Below the pieces are notes generated by a model. That model worked only from the letters and a program-made list of their open reading frames with translations, was not told the origin of the DNA and made no database searches. A stretch of DNA of 20,000 bases from Catajapyx aquilonaris (lineage: Eukaryota), in contig JYFJ02000454.1 of NCBI GenBank assembly GCA_000934665.2, positions 109,460 to 129,459 of the forward strand, given 5' to 3'. Position numbers and translations under genes: made by a program. Below, piece after piece: positions 1 to 10,889 of this stretch (within the stretch, counting starts at the first letter, position 1; each line of letters opens with the position of its first letter).

Positions 1-59
1 AAAATAAGAAAAAAAAATCAAGGAGGGAGGAAAAGATTTCCTCTCCAAACAATTTCTTA

Positions 60-660
60 ATTGCATTCTTTCGCACGTGTTTCGACTATCAAGACCCGAT
101 CAAAGGAACATAATGAAGGGCTTCATACCGGCCACGTTGGACCATGGTCACATTTTCCGAGTTCCCTTCTGATCGCCACGATCATCACCACTTCCATTAC
201 CCTCTCTCGGGGGGTGGAAATTCATTTCGAATTATAATGCGCTGGGAAGGCAACGACTATCGATGGAATTGGGTTGGAGGGGATGAACAACGCAATAAGT
301 CCTGATGAGGTAGAGAGAGGAAGTAGGGAATTTTTTTTTTCCAGGCGGGGGGAGGGGGAGGGTAGATATGACGGTCATTATGCGTCTCCTTTTTGGTGGA
401 AAAATCGAAAAGTGAGCGCATTTGATATGGGCGTCTATTTACTCCTCGGGGGCAGGCTCCCGTTGGGGTTGACGTCAATGCCCGGAGGTTTTTCCAGGGC
501 CAGAGTTGGGGGCATGGACCGATGACAAACCCTCAGGCGCTTGTAAAACCACCCAGCGTGAACAAGTAGGACAGAAATGCACAAATCCAATACTGCAATC
601 CGGTGGATAAAAAAAATTGCGACTTCAAGGAACCAGTGACGTCAATCCTGCTGGCCAATC
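60..660 (-). mobile_element. Degraded CR1/L2-group LINE ORF2 relic (RT region)
   Basis: Minus strand gives RIDVT (cf. RVDH) and then LQYWICAFLS (WICAFLS at 589-569; cf. WI.SFLS). Further on come TKKE..PPPPP, IIIRNE and QKGTRKM..AG, in the expected order but across frameshifts. Confidence 0.55.
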
Positions 661-1249
661 GGGCTGAATTCATTCATTTAATATTAATTCACGAATAATA
701 ACTGAAAAAATCAAGGAGTGTAATTTCCTCCCAGCAAACTATTCAGAGTTCTCCAACAAGCAAGACTAAACAGGATGGCAACATGTTCCTCCGAAGCGGA
801 GCCTTATTTTTGCAGAAGCAAGAAACACCTCCATGGTATGATTTAACTAATTAAACAAGATCTAGAGCAGCAGCCCGGCAGTATAACTGTGCAGCTTATA
901 TCCTGAGGGGATAAGGAAAGGATTATGAAGATGGATAACGTGGGGGTCCCGGGTTCATTCTGTAGTTATGGACTAATCAGTGGAGACGGCCCCAAACTTA
1001 GCTTACATTTAAATCACTTTCCGGTTTCGCACTTAGCCCGTACTAGGGAGGGTGTTTCAACCAACAATTTATCACCGAACTTGGGCCTATTTAGGCAATT
1101 AGTTTAATACGTGGGTTGGGCCCCCCATTCTCACCACTCTTCTTTTTTAGGTGGGGAGTATAGGGCATGTGTGACCTTCCCTTCGCCACCTGTCACCATG
1201 CAAATGACATGCGGATTTTAATCCGGGGGCTTAACTTTCCTTGGACGGA

Positions 1250-1500
1250 TTATGTCAGGATGACTGGGATGGATCTCCTTTTGTAGTGCGCTGCATGGGA
1301 GTCTATTGCGCCAATTACCGGCCCTCCTCGGATGGTGATGATGGCCGATAAGAGGGCTTGAGCCCGAGCTGCTCGTTATGAACTCTCATCAGGTGTCAAT
1401 AAGGACCTAATGAATTTCCATGCCAATGAATCCTTGGCGGATATTGGAAAGTGCAGGGCGGGAAAGTGACGGGGGGGACCAAGTTTCTGTCAAGGCTCAT
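1250..1500 (-). mobile_element. Degraded CR1/L2-group LINE ORF2 3' end
   Basis: Minus strand ALHFPISAKDSLAWKFIRSLL (cf. L.LPTL..RR..LC.KFA.SLL), GNWRN (cf. RNLRN) and HYKRRSIPVILT* (cf. RYK.S.IP), with the stop at 1252-1250. Confidence 0.65.
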
Positions 1501-1789
1501 GCCCTTTAACAAATGATGTTATAGGATTTTAGAGTATGTGCACTTGCACTTTTTAAGCCTGGTTTCTGATTTAAAATTGAGGTTTTTTTTATAGCCTACA
1601 CTGGTTGGATCGGATTTATGAGCAGATGGGTGTGATTCATTTTTATGACGTGTAAAAAAAACATATTGTCACCTTATTCTGTAAGCAGTTATACGTGCAA
1701 TATTAGTTATGAAATTGACGAAAAAATAATTACAAATTGCGCCAGATGTAGTCCGGACCCTGACAGGACGAAAACTACTCAAACAAATT

Positions 1790-2010
1790 TACAGAAAGCC
1801 TCTTATGGGGTCCAAATAACATTTCATAATTTGGGCATGTTACCAAACAAATATGTGGCGACGGTTACACCAAAAGGCACTAGAATTTGGCCAAAAAGAA
1901 CAGGTTGGCATACGGTTCTGTCATCCTGAACAAATGCACAAGGCCAGTGGGAAATGATACGCCATGCAGTTATGAGATTGCCGTCATAATTAGCCGCGAC
2001 TAACATATTA
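1790..2010 (+). mobile_element. CR1/L2-group LINE ORF2 relic
   Basis: ORF 1645-1929 contains KASYGVQITFHNLGMLPNKYVATVTPKGTR (cf. KLLGV.I..NL.W..HV..IT.KA.RR). TRPV follows at 1938-1949 in a shifted frame. Confidence 0.6.
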
Positions 2011-2109
2011 TAAACGAAGTAATTCCAGCCTTAAATAAGTTCTGGTCCACTAACCATAACTGAGCAATTCTTCATATTAAGCCTGCCATTTTTTTCCCTT
2101 CTAACCCAT

Positions 2110-2640
2110 ACAGATGATGACGTGGTTTGGGGAGGGTTCTAAATGAAGAAAAATTCTATGTTGCGTCTCAATTGGATTAGATTGGAACCGTCACACAAGG
2201 GGGTTCGAACCAAGCAACGAAACAGCGCCCATGCTCATTTCGTGCAGCGTGAAATGAGAATCTGGGCATTTGTTATGGATTAAAAAATAAAAAAAGGGAA
2301 GAGGGTTAGTTCTCCCCCTATATGTTAAGTGCTAGGACCTTAATATAAAAGTTCGGGACAGGCTATATCATGGAGACAAGCGTCACCCCCAAAGTCTCTC
2401 CCCCACCTTTTTTTGTCACTCCTGTCCTACTCCGCCTTTCAGTCTCTTGCCTAAGCTTTTGTGTCGCTCCACTAAATCCCTCTTATTGCTTCAAGGGGGT
2501 TCGTTTATATGGGTCTTGGAGCTGCCTCATCTGATCGACATGATGGGCTGACTAATACACGTCCATGATGGAACTTGTTGCCGGATTCACACCGAAAAGA
2601 TCTTGTCATTAAGGATTCAGGGGCAGATGTTTTTTGGGAT
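2110..2640 (-). mobile_element. CR1/L2-group LINE ORF2 relic
   Basis: Minus strand remnants in order: KI..GV, HVDQM, LK..GFS, IACPE (cf. YACPV), K*AW (cf. KRA) and LRRN. Many frameshifts. Confidence 0.45.
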
Positions 2641-3404
2641 CTGATGCAGATGGTGCTGAGCACAATCTCTTTTTTATTCTGAATATTTTAACAGTGCTTA
2701 TGTTATGTTTATAAAATTTTTAGGGCTTTATGTGCCAGATGTCTTGCACTGGAGTGATACTTCCGCATGAGTGTATTCAAGGCGGAATTATAATGCAAGA
2801 GGTACAGTGTACTTGTTACAGTAAATTCATGAGTCTGTTTATCATTCGATAATATTAAGCTGAAATTCCACTTTAAAAGTAACGTACAGTTATAATTATC
2901 GGGATGAAGACAAATGAAGGAAAATCTCTGAGCAAATTATAGTATTGACAATCCTAAACCATTAATATTTCTCTTTCTGGCAGTAATTTTGAGTGACTTT
3001 GGGGAGCCCATTCTACCATTCTAAATGTCAAATCTGAGTGAGGTACTATTTAACTTTTAGTGAAGAATATCTGATAATTCGAATAAAATAGAGAAGTGAT
3101 AATAATCCACAGATGATGTTGAATTTTATGGGAGATCTAAAAATTACCAAACTTTTGTAGTCAAAAAACAATGAAAACCATTTTCGAGAGTATAGATCTG
3201 GAGCCACAAAACTTTTCAACTTCTGACTGAGACTCTGGTGAAATCACGATCAGGATGGTGAACTGAACAATTCAGTGCAAAGTGAGGAAGTCGTTACTTT
3301 GTTGAGCCCAGCAACCAGTAGAGAAACTATAATTCTGTCAGGCGCATGTGTCCTTACATTTCATCTATTTAAAGTAGCTACAGAAACGATCCATAAATTC
3401 TTAT

Positions 3405-3840
3405 TTTACACTGAGACCTTCATGCACCACCCTGTATATGTACAAAGCATCTAATTGGACTTCCGCAATATAACTCACACGTTGAATATTCTCCTTGAAA
3501 TCTATCCGAACCTTCATATGGCGAAGAATCTTAATTCCACGCATGGAATTGTCAGAACAGTGCATACTAATATATCGTATACTTTTGTTAGCTAATATTT
3601 ACTCGTCACGTGTACATAGACCCTGCACCTGGCAAGCCGCTGCATAAACTGTACTAACGACCTGCATTGTACCCCCAAGAATACCTTCCCTCCTTGCGCC
3701 TTATATTTAAGCAGCAACCGCAGGTAATTTTCAAAGTTCAAGGAACAGCTGCGTGACAAAAGAAGAAGAGAAGGGGGCATAACTTGACAAACATTTTCAT
3801 TGCAGCACAACTCACTATATAATTACACACTTCCTGTTTT
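3405..3840 (-). mobile_element. CR1/L2-group LINE ORF2 relic
   Basis: Minus strand LYSELCCNENV (cf. ISSDLKWNEHV), YLRLLLK, YAAACQV (cf. YACQVW) and RGIKIL (cf. RA.KII). Confidence 0.55.
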
Positions 3841-3849
3841 TGCAAGCCT

Positions 3850-4745
3850 CTCCCCCTCCCAACACCCCCAATCTACAGTCTCATGTTCCGTGACTAAAAC
3901 TCCTTTGATATAATTCATCCCCACCCCTTAGTCTCCATCATGCGAGACTAAGAACAGTCTGGACCCCGCTTATCCGCGGTACAAACCCCTCGCGGATAAG
4001 TGAAACCCTCCGAATTTTACAGGTTTCACAAAGATTCGTTTCACATTTCCAAATTAGCTTCAAAAATGAATATAATTTCTGAAACACCTTGAAGTCCGCC
4101 ATGTTGGTGAGTCCATCCCACATAGTTGCTCCTATTTACCCGTAATTTTTCGAGCAGATCTTGGTTGGAATGTGGCGGCGAGCAGACTCTCTCGCCTTCA
4201 GACAGGATGAAATACAGTTCCTGGGCCTCAGAAAGATGGGTCCAAAGGTGCCAGACAGGCCCAAAGTCGACCTCACAAGCTGGAATGTCTATTACCGACT
4301 AATCCTTCCCCGCTTTGATAAAAAATAAGGGAAAACCGGAGCAGAGGGATTCAAGTTCGATATGTTTTGGCGGAGGGTTATTGCAGCTGGCCCAGGCTCC
4401 CAAGTCGTGACAAATGATCAGCAAATAGGATGAACAACATCCGCCGCGTTAAGTTTAGCATGACAAAACGGTGCAGTCGGCACCAATAGAAGCACGTGAC
4501 AGTGATTAGTGCACTGTAATTATGCGGACCCGGATTTTCTGCTGTTTTTAGGCGACCCTGCGAGCTATACGCCGGGTGGGACCAATATTGGAGTTAGCAA
4601 TGCGAAATTAATACAACGAATGATAAGATATCACGTCCGCAATACCAATATCCGACACCGGTTGGAACGTGATGGTGGTGCTAATCTTCACGTACCCAGA
4701 AAATGACCATCGGAACTCGCGATATAGCTTTTACGTAATATTGCA
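3850..4745 (+). mobile_element. CR1/L2-group LINE ORF2 relic including the 3' end (possibly two abutting 3' ends)
   Basis: KLL near 3897. LKSAMLVSPSHIVAPIY at 4089-4139 (cf. LKRAGV.P.DLV.IY) and EIQFLGLRKMGP from 4209 in the same frame (cf. IQKRALRII.P). GTNR near 4480, then RYHVRN..VPR..SF at 4626-4735. Confidence 0.6.
3955..4010 (+). mobile_element. Possible terminal fragment of a Tigger/pogo (MER2-like) element; perfect 10-bp hairpin
   Basis: CAGTCTGGACCCCGCTTATCCGCGG...CGCGGATAAGTGAAA. Stem arms are 3969-3978 and 3991-4000. It resembles Tigger-type ends from memory. No TA target site or partner end is visible. Confidence 0.3.
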
Positions 4746-5215
4746 ATTTTAAAGCCGGCGGAACTGTTAACTTGCGAAGTCTTGGAAATGCTGTAAGGTG
4801 TTTGCCAACTTGCGCAAAATATATCCCTCAACTCGGATTATGGACAAAACAATAATTATTGCCAAAATATGATTTAATTCCAGCAGAGCATACAATGTTT
4901 TACAATACATATTGAATTACAACATTCAGAATTGTTGTTATTGTTATTTATTAATACGTATAACAAATTCTTATAATTGGGTAGTGCTGACCTCCTGGAT
5001 GGCTTTTGCATGGACTTTTAATGTACGGTATTATTTATTACACTGCATGTGTATGTGATGTTGTGTTATTTTATATTAGGGCCTACACATAATATTATAT
5101 TTCATTACCTGGTATTAAAAGGGTGTCACTTTGTAAAATGCAATAAAACTATACGGTAATTCAAGAAGTACACCACAACGTGCATGAGATTCGTGCCTAA
5201 TTTTCTGCTAAATTT

Positions 5216-5660
5216 TTGTCACCTGCTGTGATCACAGATTTGGAAAACACGCAAACAGCTCCAAACTGCACGGATCGGAATGCGACAATGCACATACCAG
5301 GTACCTCCATGTGTGAACAGAATCAAAGCCCCCAATCCCCCCCTCCCCCTGATATTACCCCCATCCTGCTGCTCTGGTCGGCAGCACCTAATCTGTGTAA
5401 TGATGGGGGGCAAGGTTTTGCTGGGAAATCAGACGACCCTTTTCCTACAGCAGCTAACTCGGGGCTTGGAGTAATTCGTTTACAACCCTTAATAGTGTTG
5501 ACACTGCATGTTCCGGTAATGGGTCCATCTTCGCCGCCACCTTAGCCGCTCCCCCAATTTTCACTTTGGCCTCTTGCAGGCACCGACTATGCCTGCCTGG
5601 AATCTTGCCCACGACCCAGCAGCTCTTGTGCCGCGATAAGATATAGGCCGCTTAACCTGG
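5216..5660 (+). mobile_element. CR1/L2-group LINE ORF2 relic
   Basis: ORF 5216-5545 gives DLENTQ..TDRNATMHIP (cf. DLD...W...N.M.LNP), PPPPDI and GLGVIRLQPL (cf. LGV.IQ.DL). DYAC follows at 5585-5596 (cf. EYAC). Confidence 0.65.
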
Positions 5661-5929
5661 CACTTACTACGTAGTAAGTTACGTACATGTTATTTATGAA
5701 GTGCGTCGCTCTTTTAAAGTGAACCTTTTAAAAAACTCTGAGAAAGAGAGCTGTTTGGATATAAAACCGAATATGATTTACGTACAATAATTAAATAACT
5801 TGATGTGTTATTATAGAACATAACTTGCGCATTAAATATAATGTCACTAAATTACAGTCTACATGTAAAAATGCAACTGTGTTAAAATTTTTGTAAATGC
5901 GGGCAACGCTGTTTCTCTCAGTGCCCAGT

Positions 5930-6600
5930 GGCGGCCATGTTTCTCCCGTATTTCGTGCCATAAGGCCCACCTCTCCGCATGTCTCCTCAGCAAAATGAGC
6001 CTTAAGCGGCAGACTTCTCCATGATTCCGTCTGCCAACAAAGGCTTCAATCCTAGAACCGATCCTTTGGACTTCCAGACTTCAATGAGAGAGGGCTAGTG
6101 TAACCAATCCGGTGCTGGTCATTGCGTAGCCACTAAATGAGACGAGGCTTGGAAGAGATGGGGGGAGGAGGGGGTCAGCGAAAGGGTTACGAGGCTTGCT
6201 TTCTCCTCTCTCCCGAATGCAAATTGCTTTTGTAAACCACTTTCCCCCTCTGTTGGTCTCGGGGAAACCTCTCCCGCAGGAGGATCGGGTTGCATTGGGA
6301 TCGGGAGCGGAAAAATGACCGAAATGAAGGGTGGGTTAGGGAAGCCAAGGCGCCATCTTGTTCCTCATTTGACTGTCGGACCACGAATCCAAATAACTTA
6401 TCCAGTTTGTGTCGCCCGATTCGGTTCGGAGGTACCCAGATATATACATTGCGGCCGAGTTATTTGACATTACGGTGCATAACTGTCTCTAGAAGCATTC
6501 TCATATTCTTTTCTTCTTCACATGCAGAACCAATCTTAGGGGGCCTGGGCAGGTTTCAGCATGGCGTCGTTTGCAGACAAATGCGCAGCTAACTAGGCGT
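5930..6600 (-). mobile_element. CR1/L2-group LINE ORF2 relic
   Basis: Minus strand SANDAMLKP, VK*LG..VYI, VVYKSNLHS, LGLKPL, then GRR..VC..RW..EIREKHGR (cf. LGL.TL..RR..LC..WLP.R...HGR). Confidence 0.65.
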
Positions 6601-6864
6601 GGGCTGTTGTCGCGAGATGGCTTACGTCAGTCGGATAGGAATTTACGACACACACTTTAGGAAAAAAAACGGAAGATTTTTCTTTTTTCCCCTACGCAAA
6701 AGTGGATTCACATTACACTCTGTGGGGATCACTTGACGCCCTGAATTTCAGTTACGGTAATGAACACTGCATGAATCATGGAAGCATTTTTCATACCTTA
6801 GAGTAGCAAGCCCCCTTTGACTGTACCAATACCGGGGGTGTAATAAATCTCGTTTTTTTATATT

Positions 6865-6885
6865 CCTCCTCCTCCTCCTCCTCCA
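6865..6885. repeat. (CCT)n microsatellite
   Basis: Six CCT units followed by CCA. Confidence 0.9.
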
Positions 6886-7181
6886 CCCTTACTCCTATAA
6901 ATTGGGAGTCTGCAGCCATGCTTGATTAAAACTGAGCCATCGTACCCCCCTGGTCCTGATCGGAATAAACGAGTCGGGGACTCGGAGGAAGGTCCCAAAA
7001 GAGATGTTTGAGCGAGCAGCACCAAGGTATGATTGACGCCTAACAACCGGAGCTTTAATTTGTGCGCCGACCAGCAACAAACGACCATTCATTGTGCTCC
7101 GTCCATTCCAACGGTAAATTGTTTGCTTTGTGAGCGCAGAAAGAGGAGCTATTAAGCGTTGCCAACACGTGGAAAATGAAG

Positions 7182-7208
7182 CCCCCCCCCCCCCCCCCCC
7201 CCCCCCNC
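7182..7208. repeat. Poly-C tract containing an ambiguous base
   Basis: 25 C, then N at 7207, then C. The length may be unreliable. Confidence 0.9.
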
Positions 7209-7609
7209 TGGGCCTATACCACCCCCTACAACCCCCCTATTCAGGACTGGCCTAATGAGAGGGGGCCAAGCTCGTTTCAGCCTCCCAGCCAAAGGGAATG
7301 GTAATAGTGTTAACCCTCGGCTGATATTAATGTGAAATGAAACGAATGACGCGCACGTCAATTCCAGGGGAGGAGACTGGGGGGACTCTGTTGTGGCCGG
7401 TTGTCACAGGCTTTTGGGCACGTTATGTTTGCATTGGCGCTAAAACAACCTTCCTTGCGGTATTGGATCAAGCAATATGTACTACATTTTTTACGCTGCA
7501 TTTGTTTCATCCGTGATGCACCGGTACTCCAGCCTAATTGCTGCTGGCTGATTATGAGCTTGAGTGGTCTGGGGAAACTTGCGTGTTTGGATAAAGCGTA
7601 GTTACTGCT

Positions 7610-7800
7610 CTAAAGACGATGTAACTGTTACTTTCCAGCAGTCGGATTAGGTATTAAACTAATGGAATAAGAAGTTTAAATTGTTGGAACTGTTACAGCA
7701 TGAAGTACAGCTAGGATTGGACACGTAAGGGCATTAGTCATAATAACCCCCAACGAAATCGAGATAGTGTAACTCTAATGGTAGCATGTTAGAAGTAAAC
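7610..7800 (-). mobile_element. CR1/L2-group LINE ORF2 relic (short)
   Basis: Minus strand LGVIMTNALTC at 7753-7721 (cf. LGVII.NDLTW), followed by AGK*QLHRL (cf. A.KRL..L). Confidence 0.6.
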
Positions 7801-7905
7801 ACTATAGCCAAAATAGTAATATTTGGGGCTGACAATGATCAGTGTTTCTGATAATAAAAAGAGGCGCAGGGATCAGGACAGGTGATCAGAAGCAGTTTCT
7901 TTTAA

Positions 7906-8024
7906 GGGCCGGTTGCACCTGGTCAGATATAGCTTATCTCATATTTAACGTATGTTATTCACTGTTTACTAATTGTTGCCAACAAGGGATAACATTAAAT
8001 CTAGGGTTTTGATGCAACAGGCCC
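7906..8024. mobile_element. Short MITE, PIF/Harbinger-like
   Basis: Terminal inverted repeats GGGCCGGTTGCACC (7906-7919) and GATGCAACAGGCCC (8011-8024), 12/14 match. Flanks are TAA and TTA and the interior is AT-rich. GGGCC termini at TWA sites suggest Harbinger. Confidence 0.65.
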
Positions 8025-8126
8025 TTAGCTGTGTATATATTTCTCGATAACCATCGCCTTATTCGATAAAGATTTTGTCACTATGTATATACCATCCTAT
8101 TTACACGCATTCATTAATAAGTTTTT

Positions 8127-8691
8127 TGCAATCAGGAGACTCACCTGGAGTCCAGCAACCTAGTAACTGCCAGTTACATTTAAGTAGCAGTGACAAAATC
8201 GCTGCGAATTTTAGCAAACTCAACAGTAAACTGCTGAGGAATCCAGCCCTCTTTGATCAACCTGTCAACATGCTTGCACATGTGTGTATAAAGCAGTATA
8301 AAGCCCATCTAAAAATCCGCCAACATATATTCGCAATCTTGCCCCAGCCCTGTGTTGTCAGAGCGTCCTAATTTGCGGTCCCGACTTACATGCGGAGCTT
8401 CAGCTTAACTCCATAACTCCATCAGCGCAAAATTCGGTCCAGAATTGCACATAAACGTGTCCTTTGTCCTGTCGGAGGCCCGTAATCAAGCGTGATTGGA
8501 TTGAGATTCACTCCAGCAGATCCCCAAGAGAAATCCACTCCCCGCAACGGACTTCCCATGCGTCAACTTGCAAATTGAGTAATAACTCTCGGCTCCACTT
8601 CAACCTCAAATTGGCCCGCGCACCTCTTGACCGAAGACAAGCCAAATCAGTGCAATGCCAAAATCACATCTTGCTAGTACATAACGAATGA
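8127..8691 (+). mobile_element. CR1/L2-group LINE ORF2 relic including the 3' end
   Basis: LQSG/LTWS (cf. IQSDLTW), VVRAS*FAVP..SLT and HKRVL. ORF 8464-8691 gives LSCRR..KLSNNS..ARA..RRQAKS..LVHNE*. Confidence 0.6.
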
Positions 8692-8770
8692 TTCACATCA
8701 TCATCAGTAACAAAACGACAATAATTTTTCTTCAATTATTTCATACATTGACACACTCTTTATAGTATAA

Positions 8771-8980
8771 AGAATAAAGTTACCTTATACAGCATAACGT
8801 TACCTTATATAGTATAAAGTTACCTTATATAGTATAAAGTTACCTTATATAGTATAAAGTTACCTTATATAGTATAAAGTTACCTTATATAGTATAAAGT
8901 TACCTTATACAATGTAAAGTTACCTTATACAATGTAAAGTTATCTTATACAATGTAAAGTTATCTTATACAGTATAAGGT
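8771..8980. repeat. 20-bp minisatellite, about 10.5 copies of AGTATAAAGTTACCTTATAY
   Basis: Directly visible 20-bp period. Identical units at 8811-8890 and variant AATGTAAAGT units at 8911-8970. Confidence 0.97.
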
Positions 8981-9039
8981 AATACCTTGAATAGATGGAA
9001 GTGACTAAGAGTAGTTTTTTCTATTTCTTGATCATCCCT

Positions 9040-9866
9040 TTGTCGTAGCCTGAGGGAAAGGGGAAGCTGACGATTGATCCAATGTAAATTCCGGGCCCAA
9101 ATTCACTCTCCCCCGTATATATAAATCTATACAGCTCCGGAGGGAGTGAGAGGAAGTGCTTTTGTACAAAGTATGACTTGGCCCGCTATTGTCGACAACT
9201 CCTACAGAGAATGGACAAAAGGAATGACTTCCTATAATATATTTTTGAGGGTGACAAGTTAGATGAGGCGTTTTCATTTCCACCTCATTGGCTTATAGGA
9301 AACGGGACAACACCCGGAGTTATATATTTTTTGACAGATAAAAACTGTCCCAGCAGGACATGTGCGGTGTTGTCGGACTGTCAGCGGGTCCCGATCACCG
9401 AAATCAATCCGGACAAACCAATTTGGTTAGGGTAATCAGGAAGCGCGCATAATCAAATCTATAACGTATTTGCAGTCGGCGACATTTTTACATTGCGGGA
9501 TAAAGCGGTTACAATGACGGCTCATTTGCAATGCAGAACATTTGTGTTATTGGAACACCTGTCGTTCAGATTTAGCAAGGAGGACTGCATTTTTTGGTGT
9601 CAAATCCGGATGAAAACTCCACACTGCTGACGCGCAAGAATTGAAAATACACACACTGGACTCCCCGGATAATAAAACCCGGAGCCGAATAAGGGGATAT
9701 ATATCAGTGACCTACACTTGGAGGGGAACAAAATCTCCTGCTTCCATTCAACCCTCTGGACTTGAACCATCGGGGGCTAAAGCAAACAGTTTGGATCATG
9801 GGGCTGTAGGATTGGGCAAACAAAAAGCCGGGGACTCTGGGAATTCCGGGGGCTCCCCCCTCCTCC

Positions 9867-9926
<60 letters not shown>

Positions 9927-10362
9927 GATTCCCGGATTTGGACAGGCTGATTCACTCTGCAAGAACCCACCTCCAGCAAAGGGTCAACACGCCAGTTATG
10001 AACTTTGGCCCTTCAACAAGTTCGCACCCTGGAGAGGTGCTGCATGGGCTAGGACTAGGCCTAGCTTTCATACAGTGCGCCCCCTCCGAAAAAGCCAGTG
10101 TGGCCAGACGCAGCTGCTCGTTGGCGCGCGACAAATGCGATTTGCCAAGAGGGGACCGTCCCTTTCCTGCGTCATTCCGGATAAATCCCATGGGATGATT
10201 CAGTCAGCTCAAAAATGCAGAGAGAGAGGGAGAGAGGGATGCTGCAACTTGACCAATGCCAAATCAGCCAAATCGCGTCAACGTTTGATGTCTCAGCTGT
10301 CAAACAGGACGGAAGGACAAAGCGCTGACGAGGACGGCAGCCAAAAGACGGGTCCTAGCTAG
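9040..10362 (+). mobile_element. Longest CR1/L2-group LINE ORF2 relic (RT core to C-terminus)
   Basis: PEG..SGPKF..YIN (cf. PQG..LGP.LF..IND). TATTGTCGACAACTCC at 9187-9202 reads as YVDNS with one extra base (cf. YVDDS). Then INPDK, GYISVTYTW, AKANSL, QKAG, PVMNFG..HPG, FIQ, RFAKR, NLTNA and RTE. Confidence 0.75.
9871..9924. repeat. (TC)27 microsatellite
   Basis: Perfect dinucleotide repeat inside the LINE relic. Confidence 0.98.
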
Positions 10363-10369
10363 ACAAACG

Positions 10370-10560
10370 ACCCTGTGTTTAATATCAGTTCGGATTGAGT
10401 TGTCAATATATTACAGGTCCGCCTAATGCAGGCTGCCAGGGACAATAAAAAAAGGGCAAAAGGGGGAATGACAGACGAAGAGAAATGGTTTCAGGGGAAA
10501 AAGGGAAAGAGATAAAGGCTCGTTGAATGGATGCAAACAGTGGAAAAATCAGCATTCACT
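10370..10560 (-). mobile_element. Short CR1/L2-group LINE ORF2 relic
   Basis: Minus strand SIQRAFISFPFSPETIS (cf. SIQKRAL.IIFP..SY). Only one good motif. Confidence 0.35.
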
Positions 10561-10629
10561 CTAAAAATAATTAAAATCTTAATAATAAATATACGAAGTT
10601 TCCAATACAATATAAGGGATATCAATAAC

Positions 10630-10830
10630 TTTCTTTGATATTACATTCAGATTCAGATGGTATAGATATTCGTGGAATTCGTAGATGCGTACTGGGCAAT
10701 AACAGGTGATTTTTATGACTGGCTGACCTCATCAAAGAAGAGCCATTAACACATAGTTACTATTATTGCCGTTCTCTGGATCGTGTCCCTCCCCACCTTT
10801 GCCTTTTTGTTCAACAACTCACTTATGCTG
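10630..10830 (+). mobile_element. Short CR1/L2-group LINE ORF2 relic
   Basis: VEFVDAYWAIT (cf. LEYA..VW..LT), HQRRAI (cf. IQKRAL), SLPT and HLCLFV. Confidence 0.4.
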
Positions 10831-10889
10831 GGACTAAAGGGCTGGGAAAATGCCCCTATACATGTCGGGCTAGGACCTATAAGCCCCGC

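Larger units (their letters stand above)
6690..7610 (+). mobile_element. CR1/L2-group LINE ORF2 relic with expanded simple repeats
   Basis: KVD..TL, LDAL..NEHCM, PPPPPPPPLLL*IG, SNKRPFIVLRPFQR (cf. A.KRL..LR.LKR), VENEAP (cf. LEYAAP), QPKGMVIV and LSQAFG..LRYW, in order. Confidence 0.55.

Noticed and set aside
890..1130. Additional minus-strand RT relic (PGT..IFII..QD)
   Set aside because: The resemblance to PQGT.LGP.LF is too loose to separate from chance.
2970..3350. Endonuclease-like VILSDFG (+) or another minus-strand relic (RL.HF, TLEN..VW, NIICG)
   Set aside because: Weak, conflicting signals in AT-rich sequence; not supportable by eye.
7182..7208. Poly-C/N tract as a functional poly-Pro or poly-Gly coding segment
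   Set aside because: It is a homopolymer with an ambiguous base inside a dead relic; slippage or assembly uncertainty is more likely.
8771..8980. CRISPR array
   Set aside because: The repeats are contiguous with no unique spacers, and no cas genes are present.
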